This document shows, piece after piece, positions 1 to 8,203 of a stretch of DNA of 25,557 nt (the first letter of the stretch is position 1; every line of letters starts with the position of its first letter). Made by a program: the position numbers and the translations under genes. The notes under the pieces are model-generated. The model made no database searches. It was not told the origin of the DNA and saw only the letters and a list, made by a program, of their open reading frames with translations. Source of the stretch: a virus (taxonomy: Duplodnaviria; Caudoviricetes); the IMG/VR virus record IMGVR_UViG_3300023227_000027, positions 1 to 25,557 of that record, one strand, 5' to 3'.

Positions 1-177
1 CTTCTTCGCGGCCGCTTCGGCCTCGGCGGTCGCTTGGCTCACGGCAGCAGTCGCCTCTTGGCTCGCGGTCGCGCGCTTACTATCGCCATCCAAAAACTTT
101 GGCTTGAGCGCTGGAAAGGCGAGCCCGAGCAACGCCAGAGCAATCAGCACTTCGATGGTGGTAAAGGCGCGCTTCAT
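1..177 (-). CDS. Partial gene (runs off the window) with a type IV prepilin-like N-terminus
   Basis: Manual translation from ATG 177 (ATGA overlap with the upstream stop): MKRA|FTTIEVLIALALLGLAFPALKPK... It has a basic leader, A|F cleavage site, E at +5 and a hydrophobic helix, followed by an Ala-rich coil. Not in the ORF track. Confidence 0.65.
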   Translation of the reverse strand, partial: MKRAFTTIEVLIALALLGLAFPALKPKFLDGDSKRATASQEATAAVSQATAEAEAAAKK

Positions 178-653
178 TGGTCTGGTGCCACGCGGTAAAT
201 GGCGACGGCAGTTGAAATGTAGTTGGCGCTCGTTACTCGTTCGTCGGGCTCGCTGCGGGCGTTGTTGTCGCCACTGGCGATATACCCATCGCGTGCATTG
301 CCACTCACGAATCGGTGCAGGAGATGCTGGCCGTTCTCACGGCGATAGACTCCGGCCTTGCCGAGCAGAGCATCGGTGAATACTTCGCGCTTCGTCACGA
401 TCCAGTCGCCAGCGTAGATCAGGGGCTCCATCGAACCGCAGCACTTGTTCTGGTGGTAGTCACCAGCGATATCCCGAGCGTGCAGGCGGGCGGCTTCTTG
501 CGCAGCGGCTGGGCTTGATTCACGGTAAAGATCGGGATCTTTGTGCTTAGCGTAGCCACATCCTGAGAACATCAAACCAGCCAGACAAAGCACGGCCACC
601 AGCCCAGCCATCGCTGCGGCTTTGAGTAGTGAATTGTCGGCGTGGATGATCAT
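174..653 (-). CDS. S26/S24-like serine peptidase (signal-peptidase-like), probable lipoprotein
   Basis: Motifs GSMEP..GD, LLHR and GDNN..D match Ser-His (Sec11/SipW-type) S26 peptidases. Hydrophobic N-terminus ending FSGC resembles a lipobox. Start moved to ATG 653, just after the stop of the 655-849 ORF. Confidence 0.7.
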   Translation of the reverse strand: MIIHADNSLLKAAAMAGLVAVLCLAGLMFSGCGYAKHKDPDLYRESSPAAAQEAARLHARDIAGDYHQNKCCGSMEPLIYAGDWIVTKREVFTDALLGKAGVYRRENGQHLLHRFVSGNARDGYIASGDNNARSEPDERVTSANYISTAVAIYRVAPDQ

Positions 654-654
654 C

Positions 655-849
655 TTAGATGGGTTCGGGCAGCAATCCCTGCTCAATCGCATCGGCATCC
701 ACGAGAGCTTGCAGCTCTGCGCCGGTCCGTTCGGCAGTGAGCACCACGCTCACGAGGTGGCCGTGTGAGATCAGAACATCGTCTTCATAGATGTCATACT
801 CGACTTGGCCGAATTGCGGTTTGATCGTTACTATTTTGGCGGTCTTCAT
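655..849 (-). CDS. Small hypothetical protein following the tail-fibre-like gene
   Basis: 64-aa ORF packed tightly between its neighbours (4-nt and 1-nt gaps). Confidence 0.6.
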   Translation of the reverse strand: MKTAKIVTIKPQFGQVEYDIYEDDVLISHGHLVSVVLTAERTGAELQALVDADAIEQGLLPEPI

Positions 850-853
850 AGGA

Positions 854-2497
854 TTAAAATATGCGTTCGAGGATGGTATCGACTGCGACCTTGCCCACGG
901 TTACGGAGGCAGAGAGTTGCAGGTAGATTGTGCGGACGGATGCGCTTGGCGTTTGCAATGCGCTGGCTTCAAGCACGTAGGCAATGGCATCGAGTGCCAT
1001 GTCGGAGGCGAAGGCTTCGGGTGTGCCCGAGATGCCTACATCCAGCACGCGGGAAGCATCGAAGGCCGTGATCACATTGAGCTGCGTTTCTCGCACCACC
1101 CAACCAGCCGGGAGGATCGCGTGGGCAGTCGTCGCGGCGGTCGTGGAAATATCACCAAAGTCGTATGTCTTCGGAACACCGTAGCGTGTGCCAACGGGCG
1201 AGGTCTTGCTCCACCGCATCCCCGTCATCGTGCCGATCACCGGAGCATTAGAGCGCGTGCCGTCGAGCACGATACCATCTGGCCCTTGGACGGGGATTGA
1301 GAGTGCTCCTGCTTTGACTGCTGTGCCTGTGCCGGTGCCTACACCCGTTGAAGTGAAACGCAATCCAACTGTGCTAGAGGCGGCCCCAATAAGGGTGAAA
1401 TCTGTAGTGCCGACTGTGGTGATCGTGTATTCTGTGCCAGAGACAAATGATCCCGCAGTGATGCTGACCATACTCCCACCAGCCACAACCCACTCGGGAG
1501 GCTGGCCTGTCGTGCGCCAGTAGGTGCGGTCTGCATCGGAGAGTGCGCCGTTGATCCATTGGCCGAGGGGTGCGGGGCCGGAGGGCCAGTTGTAGCCAGC
1601 GACCAAGAACGAACCGATCATTGTGGCATCTAGCCAATCTGGGACTGTCCCAGCTGAGCCTGTGGCGAACGATGCAGATATATCAATGTCATTCACCCGC
1701 ACGACTGGAGCGGTTGTGCCATTGGCGTAAGCGACTTCTAAAAAAATATACTGACCAGAGTATGCCGCCCGAAAATCCGTGTAGAGGAAATATCTATTGC
1801 TTGGGAAAGCTGCGCCCCACTGCTGAAGAGTCAAATTGCCATTTGATCCAATGACTGCGACCAGTTCGTTTGCGTAGAATGTCGTGCCCGCGGTCGCGCT
1901 TCCAGCGAGCTGGTGAACCACTATGTCAACGGTTGGATCACTCTCTGGCACATAGACCAGTCCCCGCCATGTCGCCGCTGGTGCGCCTGCAAGATTGGTG
2001 CGAGTGGTGCCTGTCTGCACGACTGCGCGATTCGAGGTCGCTCCGTCGCTGATCGGTAGGGCGATGGGGGCGCGGTTGGCAAAGCGCGGTCCACCATAAG
2101 CGTGCAGCGTATCCGGTGCGATATACTTGGCGTTTTCTACGCCTGCGATCGCTTCCGCATCACTCGCGGCGGGCACGCCCCAGCCGGTGCCGGCCACTTG
2201 CGACCAGTTGCCCGAGGTGCCTTCGTAGATGGCGATATCGCCCACGGCCCAGGTGATCGATTGCGAGGTGCCAGCGGCATTGATCACATACCAATCGCCG
2301 GCGCTCGTGCTCGTGGCCGCCACGCTACCACCGGCGACTTCTCCGGAATAGTCGCCGAGGGCGGTCACCCAGGTGCCATCACCTCGCGGTAGTTTACCTT
2401 CGTCGCCTGCTTGGGGCGCGGGGAAGTATCCGGCAGAGCCTGCGGCGCCACTGCTGGCGCCGATCATGATCCGAGGAGGGGTGCTGGGTGTATTCAT
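854..2497 (-). CDS. Virion structural / tail-fibre-like protein
   Basis: 547 aa, rich in G/T/A/S. Contains AGYFPAPQAGDEGKLPRGDGTW and GDWYVINAAGT..WAVGD motifs typical of phage fibre proteins. Lies downstream of the head genes. Confidence 0.65.
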   Translation of the reverse strand: MNTPSTPPRIMIGASSGAAGSAGYFPAPQAGDEGKLPRGDGTWVTALGDYSGEVAGGSVAATSTSAGDWYVINAAGTSQSITWAVGDIAIYEGTSGNWSQVAGTGWGVPAASDAEAIAGVENAKYIAPDTLHAYGGPRFANRAPIALPISDGATSNRAVVQTGTTRTNLAGAPAATWRGLVYVPESDPTVDIVVHQLAGSATAGTTFYANELVAVIGSNGNLTLQQWGAAFPSNRYFLYTDFRAAYSGQYIFLEVAYANGTTAPVVRVNDIDISASFATGSAGTVPDWLDATMIGSFLVAGYNWPSGPAPLGQWINGALSDADRTYWRTTGQPPEWVVAGGSMVSITAGSFVSGTEYTITTVGTTDFTLIGAASSTVGLRFTSTGVGTGTGTAVKAGALSIPVQGPDGIVLDGTRSNAPVIGTMTGMRWSKTSPVGTRYGVPKTYDFGDISTTAATTAHAILPAGWVVRETQLNVITAFDASRVLDVGISGTPEAFASDMALDAIAYVLEASALQTPSASVRTIYLQLSASVTVGKVAVDTILERIF

Positions 2498-2501
2498 AGC
2501 A

Positions 2502-2846
2502 TTAAGCCTTCCAAGCGTTGTAGCGCACGGTCGTGCCCGCGAAGGACACCACGCCGATATAGTCGTCGATCACGAGAGCGCCGCCGGTGCCATCATCGGC
2601 CGCGCCTCCGCCTTGCAGCACGTAGTTAAAGAGAGAGGTGGTGGCCCCGGTGGCCCGGCGCACAAAGAGCGCATCGGTATCGAGGTTTTGGATAAAGAGT
2701 CGCTCGCCTGCGGCCAGGGTGATATCGGCCGCGCTGGTGATCGGCGCGCTGTTGCTCGGGGCGGTTTCGACTTGGGGCGCCAAAGATACGGGCACCGGAT
2801 TGGCATCCGTCACCTGCTTGCTGCGCACGACTAGGGTGGTATTCAT
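2502..2846 (-). CDS. Small virion structural protein (putative)
   Basis: 114 aa from ATG 2846 (preceded by GGAG). Beta-rich, LFIQN motif, in the structural operon. Confidence 0.55.
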   Translation of the reverse strand: MNTTLVVRSKQVTDANPVPVSLAPQVETAPSNSAPITSAADITLAAGERLFIQNLDTDALFVRRATGATTSLFNYVLQGGGAADDGTGGALVIDDYIGVVSFAGTTVRYNAWKA

Positions 2847-2878
2847 AATTGATTGTCTCCGGTATAGGTTTTTGAAAA

Positions 2879-3712
2879 TTACACGCGCACTTGCGGGCGG
2901 CCGGTCTGGCCTTGCAGCTTGGTGAGCTGCCACACTTGCTCTTCGAGCTGGTAGTTAAATTTGCCTTCCCACTTACTCGCCTTGGAGTCCTGGTCGTTGT
3001 TGGTCAGGTAGTCGGCGAAAGCGCCGGCCTTGATCGCCCGGGCGAGCCGGTAGGGGATGGATTGCAGGGTGAATTTCGCGGGCGCCGTGCTCGGCAGATC
3101 CCCGGCGGTCGTCGTCGCGCCCACGAGGTAGCACTCGTTTTCCGCATACACCAAATCGCCGATCGCATAAACCGCGGTCGCGCTGTAAAGCGCACATTCA
3201 AAATCGGGGCAACCGGATCGAAACTCGACCCACACGGTCGCCTCTTCGGTGCCGGGATCCAGCACGAGGCCATCGGCCACGAGCTTATAGTCGAGCTCGC
3301 GCGCGCTCTCGTAAGTATCGGGATCCTGGTTCCACACGCGCAGCACGGCCTCGATGGCCGTCTGCCCGGTTTGCGCCCAGGGGATGCCTTTGCGGAAAGT
3401 GGTAAGCGGCGACCAATAATCGGTATCAGTCGGCAGATTGCCGGTGCTCGGCGCGGTGCAGGTGTAATAGGCCGTGAGGTAAAACACCTCGGAGCCGATC
3501 GCGTAAGTGGTCGCCGCATCGTAGGCCAGCCGGTAGTTGCGGGGCTCGGTGAGCATCTGCTCGGGCCAGCGGTAAAACTCCCAGGCATCGCGCGTGCGAT
3601 CGGCGATGAACTGGATCACCGCGCGTTTATCCGCATCGCTAAATTGCGAGGGATCTCCCCCACCCATTTGATACACCCCCTCGAGGACAGATTTGAAAGT
3701 AACTCTAGGCAT
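2879..3712 (-). CDS. Head-tail adaptor / tail tubular-like protein with two carbohydrate-binding-like repeats
   Basis: Position after the capsid genes, helical N- and C-termini, and internal repeats YDAATTYAIGSEVFY and YSATAVYAIGDLVY. Confidence 0.55.
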   Translation of the reverse strand: MPRVTFKSVLEGVYQMGGGDPSQFSDADKRAVIQFIADRTRDAWEFYRWPEQMLTEPRNYRLAYDAATTYAIGSEVFYLTAYYTCTAPSTGNLPTDTDYWSPLTTFRKGIPWAQTGQTAIEAVLRVWNQDPDTYESARELDYKLVADGLVLDPGTEEATVWVEFRSGCPDFECALYSATAVYAIGDLVYAENECYLVGATTTAGDLPSTAPAKFTLQSIPYRLARAIKAGAFADYLTNNDQDSKASKWEGKFNYQLEEQVWQLTKLQGQTGRPQVRV

Positions 3713-3732
3713 CAGCTCGATCCCCCAATCAG

Positions 3733-3880
3733 TTTAATGTGGAAAGCTGGAAACAAGGCAGAAACGGAAGCCGTGAGGCAGCGCAGTTTCTTAACCACAG
3801 ATTGCACAGATGGCCACAGATCCGAGAGGCAGTGCATCGGGATCGTTCCTGCCTTTCTTTCGTTTGCTTCCACATTCAAA
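3733..3880. repeat. REP-like intergenic inverted-repeat element (ATGTGGAA...TTCCACAT)
   Basis: Arms AATGTGGAA (3736) and TTCCACATT (3868), with internal CACAGAT x3. Bases 3861-3877 are the exact reverse complement of 7396-7412. Confidence 0.7.
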
Positions 3881-3902
3881 ATTCTGAGGTATTCGGGTAT
3901 CA

Positions 3903-4454
3903 TCAGCTCGCCCACCGCCCCCCACGGCTGGCCGGTTTAGCTGGCCCGGCTTTCACCGGACCAGCCGTAACACAGCTATCGCATGACTTCCCTGAGTCCC
4001 CACTCGGGAAATTAGTTTCGACCGTGACCATCGTTTTACCGGGGGTCGTGATCTTAAAGCCGGGATTGCCCACGCCGCCACCGGCGCGCTTTTCAAAGTA
4101 ATCAAGGGTATCCTCCTGCAGCCAAAATTCGGGCCCTTCGCGGGCGGTCCATTCTAAATACATTTCCATCGGGATCCTCGCCGCGCAACGTCCGAGCCCT
4201 TCGATGGCGCGGTGTTCGAGATCCTTGCTGGTTTCAATCACGCGCCGCATGCGCGCTTCCGTGAGGATCGCCTTCGCGGCCTCGCCGCGGTGCAGATCCT
4301 TCCAAAGCAAATCAAGCAGCTCCTGCTCATCCATGCCGCCGGGCATCACGATTCCCGGGCCATCCGAGGCATCGAGGCCAGTATCATCGAGATACTCCCC
4401 ATCGATCCCCAGGTGATCCTCAACCAGTGTATCCGGCGGCATAGTAGCAGTCAT
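3903..4454 (-). CDS. Hypothetical phage protein (head-completion region)
   Basis: 183-aa ORF co-directional with, and adjacent to, the capsid genes. Confidence 0.6.
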   Translation of the reverse strand: MTATMPPDTLVEDHLGIDGEYLDDTGLDASDGPGIVMPGGMDEQELLDLLWKDLHRGEAAKAILTEARMRRVIETSKDLEHRAIEGLGRCAARIPMEMYLEWTAREGPEFWLQEDTLDYFEKRAGGGVGNPGFKITTPGKTMVTVETNFPSGDSGKSCDSCVTAGPVKAGPAKPASRGGRWAS

Positions 4455-4466
4455 GTAACAAAACGC

Positions 4467-4928
4467 TTATTCAGCGTTGATATTGCGCAGCTCGGGGAGG
4501 CTGATCTTGTTGAAGTAGATCCGCGCCCGGCCCGCCGTGAGCGTGCTCAGATTCGCACCCGTCGCCGTAAACAGCGCCGTGAGCGAATACGATTCCAAGA
4601 ACGCGACGGCGAGCGTGCTCACCCCCGTATTGATCGGAGTCGCATCGGCATGCAGGCTTTGAGCCACGGCCAATCCATTCGGATCATCCGTGCCCGCGGC
4701 CAGATCGTAGCCCACCTGCACGGTGAGTTCGGAAGTAGCGCCGCCGTCGAACTCAGTCACGAGATCGATCAACACGCGGTCCACCACATCGCCCAGGACG
4801 CCACCGGCATCGAAGGTGAGGGTTTTCGTGGTCGCCGCGGTATCGCTGAGATCGGTGTGATCGATTTCGGCAGCATAGCGGCACCCGGTGCGCACCTGCT
4901 CTTGGAGAGTTAATTCACTTATATTCAT
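4467..4928 (-). CDS. Capsid decoration / cement-like protein (putative)
   Basis: 153 aa directly after the major capsid gene. Beta-sandwich-like pattern (LVTEFDGG..LTVQVG..LTAGRARIY). AAGGA upstream. Confidence 0.55.
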   Translation of the reverse strand: MNISELTLQEQVRTGCRYAAEIDHTDLSDTAATTKTLTFDAGGVLGDVVDRVLIDLVTEFDGGATSELTVQVGYDLAAGTDDPNGLAVAQSLHADATPINTGVSTLAVAFLESYSLTALFTATGANLSTLTAGRARIYFNKISLPELRNINAE

Positions 4929-4970
4929 AATCTGTAATTTCCTTAGTTAAGGGTTTCGTGGTCGCGGTGA

Positions 4971-5987
4971 TTAAGCCGAGACGAGGATCGCACCGTTGGC
5001 CTTCGGGCTCTTGGCGCGCAGGCCAAAGATCGTATCGACGATGCCACGAGGGCCGCCGCCTTGATCTTCCAGCTTACGATGGCCGGGAGTGCGTTTAAAG
5101 GTGAGGCCCCACTTGGAGAGATCGAGGATGTAGCCCGAGCCGCGGCGCTGGGCCGTAGTCGTAGCCGCACCGGCGCCATCGAAGTAGCGCATCCGGGTGC
5201 AGGGCACCAGAACCACGCGACCGAAATCGCCCACCATGATATCGACCGTAGTCTGCAAGACTTCGCCCGCGGATTGGTTGATCCGGCGCACCACGGTGTT
5301 GCTCGCCTTGTCGGGCTGATAGATCGACATGAGGCTGATCTTCTGCTTGAGCTCGGAGCCCACTGGAGCGTGGAATTTACCCATGCCATTCGTGGCCTCG
5401 AAGACTTCTTGCGCGATGTTATTCACATCCGACTCCTCGAGAGCGGCGAGCGTGCCGGTGTAAACCTGCGCGGCCGCGGGGCGGAAACGCTCAGGCACGA
5501 TCTGCGCACCAGTAGGCGCGCCGGATTTGAGGAAACCACCGATCGAGCAGGTGCCGTATTTAGTGGCGCCACTCTGCGCTGTCCCTTCCACCTGGGAAAG
5601 TATGCGCTTTTCCACGCGGAACTTGATGCGAATCGTCGCCTTGCGCACGGCCTCGGCGTATTCGCCTTTGGAGATCGCCGGGTTTTCGCTCACGTTTTCC
5701 GCGAGATCGTCCACCATCGGCACTTCCCGCATCTTCATGACGTAGTTTTCGATGATCCCACGGTTTTCGGCCATGTTATCAAACGAAGTCACATCCTCGC
5801 CGGAGCCGACGCCGTTGATATCGTCGGTATCGCCATAGTCATCCACTTGCGTTTCAAACTTGGTATTGTGCACGGTGTCCTTGGGGAGCATCGTGAAGAG
5901 CGGCGTTTCCGAGCGCTCGATGTTGGTGATGTAGTCGGACAAATCCTGACGCTTGCCGACTTGGTTTGGTTCTTGTAATCCTGGCAT
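4971..5987 (-). CDS. Major capsid protein (DUF5309/SU10-like)
   Basis: 338 aa after the scaffold gene. N-terminal GKRQDLSDYITNI..ETP and C-terminal DFGRV..P...L...G motifs are characteristic of this family. Confidence 0.85.
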   Translation of the reverse strand: MPGLQEPNQVGKRQDLSDYITNIERSETPLFTMLPKDTVHNTKFETQVDDYGDTDDINGVGSGEDVTSFDNMAENRGIIENYVMKMREVPMVDDLAENVSENPAISKGEYAEAVRKATIRIKFRVEKRILSQVEGTAQSGATKYGTCSIGGFLKSGAPTGAQIVPERFRPAAAQVYTGTLAALEESDVNNIAQEVFEATNGMGKFHAPVGSELKQKISLMSIYQPDKASNTVVRRINQSAGEVLQTTVDIMVGDFGRVVLVPCTRMRYFDGAGAATTTAQRRGSGYILDLSKWGLTFKRTPGHRKLEDQGGGPRGIVDTIFGLRAKSPKANGAILVSA

Positions 5988-6035
5988 GATATTTAGTTTT
6001 TGGATGGCCCAGCGGCGCCTTCGCCGGGCCGGTTG

Positions 6036-7169
6036 TTATTCGTTTAATACCGCGAGGAGCGCCGCGTTGTCCTGGTCGTGCCCGGTTTCCGTGAAGCGCT
6101 TGGCAGCGGTCTTCTTCTGGATCGCCTGCGCATGGACGCGCGCGGGCCGGGTGCCGCCCGCCGGTGAGGCGGGAGCCTTGCGAACACCGGGCAATTTGCC
6201 GGTGGCCTTACTTTTCGGATCTGCTTTCTTCGCCGCCTCTTGGGCTTTGATCAGGCGCATATTCCGGCCAATAAACATATCGGCCATAGCCAGCTTCACA
6301 TCGGGCACGAGGCCGCCGAGCTGCGGGTATTGCCGCAGGGCTTTCTCGATTTCGACGGCGCCAGCCGTGGCCTTGTTTTTAAGCCAGGGGTAAGCCGATT
6401 CGGCTTCCTGGTCGGCCGTGTGCCGCACACGCAGAAACTCGCGCCGAGCGGGCACGTGCTCCTCGATCAACTCCTCGGCTTCCGCGAGCATTTCGCCCAC
6501 TTGTTCCGGGGTAAACTCGACCTGTTTTCCGTCCTCAGCATCGAGCAGCGCGCCGTTGAGATTGGCGCGAGCCCAGCGACGGCGCTTGCGCGCGATCGTG
6601 AGTCGCTCCTCGAGCGCGGCCTCATCGGCCACATCCAGGAGCGGGTTGTCGGGAGTAGGAGCAGCGGTGGCGGGCGGATTAGCGCGCGCCTCCTCGAGCT
6701 CGGTCTGCAGTTGGGTGAGCGATTGCTCGCGCTCATCCAGTTGCGCTTTGATCTCTGCGGTCTTGCGCGACTTCTTAGCCATCGCCTTGTCGAACTGCTT
6801 TTGCTGTTCGGGCGTAAATTTAGCACGCGCCTTAGCATCTTCCTCATCCAGTTCTTCGGTAGCGTCCGCGGCCTCATCGGCCTCGGTTTCCTCGCCCTCC
6901 GCTTCATCCTGGGCTGCCTCGGGATCCGGCTCATCGCCATCGCCCGCGGCGGGGTTTTCCTCCTCGTCGCCGAGCTCATCATCAAATTCGGGATCGTGGC
7001 CGGCGCCCGCGCCCTCCTCTTCGATTAGTTCGCCTTCGATTGCTTCATCACTGGCAGCCTCGGCTGCGGGATCCGGTTGAGCTTCCGTCGGAAAGAGGAT
7101 CGTATTAAGATCCACCTCGGTAGCTTCGGTTGATTGGGGTGTGGCGCTTTCGCCGGCTGGATTACTCAC
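6036..7169 (-). CDS. Capsid scaffolding protein
   Basis: Very acidic disordered N-terminus plus coiled coil, directly upstream of the capsid gene. Start placed at GTG 7169 after GGAAGG. Confidence 0.75.
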   Translation of the reverse strand: MSNPAGESATPQSTEATEVDLNTILFPTEAQPDPAAEAASDEAIEGELIEEEGAGAGHDPEFDDELGDEEENPAAGDGDEPDPEAAQDEAEGEETEADEAADATEELDEEDAKARAKFTPEQQKQFDKAMAKKSRKTAEIKAQLDEREQSLTQLQTELEEARANPPATAAPTPDNPLLDVADEAALEERLTIARKRRRWARANLNGALLDAEDGKQVEFTPEQVGEMLAEAEELIEEHVPARREFLRVRHTADQEAESAYPWLKNKATAGAVEIEKALRQYPQLGGLVPDVKLAMADMFIGRNMRLIKAQEAAKKADPKSKATGKLPGVRKAPASPAGGTRPARVHAQAIQKKTAAKRFTETGHDQDNAALLAVLNE

Positions 7170-7395
7170 GGGTTTTGACCTTCCGTTAAGGTTACGCCGC
7201 TGAGGGAACCAGGCACGCAAAGCGAGCCCGGTATGATCTGCCAACGACTGAGCAGGGTATTCATACCCCCTACCCACCACGCCCCCGCCAAGGGTCGCAA
7301 AACATCGCCCTACCTACCCCACCCTAGACACCGCTACCCCCCTCATTTAACCGCCTTCTTTAAGTTTTATACGCCGTGAGCCGCGCCGAAATATA

Positions 7396-7492
7396 GAATG
7401 TGGAAGCAAACGGAAAAAAGGCAGAAACGGACTGAGAGGCAACTGATCGACTTCTGCCTTGTTTCTGGATTGATTCCTGATTTCCACATAAA
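7396..7492. repeat. REP-like intergenic inverted-repeat element
   Basis: GAATGTGGAA..AAGGCAGAA on the left and TTCTGCCTT..TTTCCACATAAA on the right. Confidence 0.7.
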
Positions 7493-7502
7493 GTGCGGGG
7501 CC

Positions 7503-7664
7503 TCACGGCTTCGCGCTCTTCGCGAGCTTCGCGTTTAATCTCCGCAGCTCGATCTCGAGTTGCTGCGCGAACTTCAAGGGCACCCACTTACCACGCATCA
7601 ATTCACTGAGTGATAGAAATGGATCGTGCTCCGCATCGCAGAGAGGGGTCTTACTCTTGCTCAT
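7503..7664 (-). CDS. Small hypothetical phage protein
   Basis: 53 aa from ATG 7664, overlapping the end of the upstream gene. FAQQLEIEL coiled-coil motif. Confidence 0.5.
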   Translation of the reverse strand: MSKSKTPLCDAEHDPFLSLSELMRGKWVPLKFAQQLEIELRRLNAKLAKSAKP

Positions 7665-8109
7665 CATCCTGCGCATCCTCACGAGCGCGCCGGGTGTGGA
7701 TCGCCATGAGCTTACTTTGAAACTCGCGCAATGCCTCGGCCCCGCCGGCGGCATATTCGCGCTGGGCAGGGGTGAAGCCTGCTTGCGGTGGGAGCGTAGA
7801 TTTATCGAGCTGATCGGAGATCTCATCATCGAGGAGCTGGTGCAGCGCCTTGAGCGCACCGAGCCCGGGATCGGCCCCGATCTCCTCACTGATCTGCAGA
7901 TCGCTCAACCGATCCGCCGGTTTCGGCCAGGCAACGGGACGCAGAGCTTCGCTCTCACGAGCTGCGGCCTCGAGGAGCTCGCGGCGCAGATCGTGGATCC
8001 GGCTTTCGTGCAGCTCGCGCCAGCATTTATCAGATTCGCACCTCTTCTCGAGCTCGCGGACATTGGCCCGCAGTTCGCGGATCTTCTTAAATGGATTATA
8101 TAATTTCAT
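7651..8109 (-). CDS. Hypothetical protein between portal and scaffold
   Basis: 152 aa, AAGGAAAA upstream of the ATG, coiled-coil N-terminus. Confidence 0.65.
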   Translation of the reverse strand: MKLYNPFKKIRELRANVRELEKRCESDKCWRELHESRIHDLRRELLEAAARESEALRPVAWPKPADRLSDLQISEEIGADPGLGALKALHQLLDDEISDQLDKSTLPPQAGFTPAQREYAAGGAEALREFQSKLMAIHTRRAREDAQDDEQE

Positions 8110-8140
8110 GATCTAGTTTTCCTTTCGTGGGGGTTTTGAA

Positions 8141-8180
8141 TTTCTGCCTTGTTTCCTGACTTTCCTGATTTCCACATAAA
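8141..8180. repeat. REP-like repeat arm
   Basis: TTTCTGCCTTGTTTCCTGACTTTCCTGATTTCCACATAAA, closely similar to 7452-7492 and 10863-10898. Confidence 0.7.
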
Positions 8181-8203
8181 TTCATTAGGTGGTTTCTGTT
8201 TCC

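Noticed and set aside
3712-3915. 67-aa minus-strand ORF
   Set aside because: It lies almost wholly over the REP-like repeat element and is probably incidental, although it abuts both neighbours.
6006-6030. GC hairpin between the scaffold and capsid genes as a terminator
   Set aside because: No U-tract follows on the coding strand, and it sits within an operon just before the capsid start.
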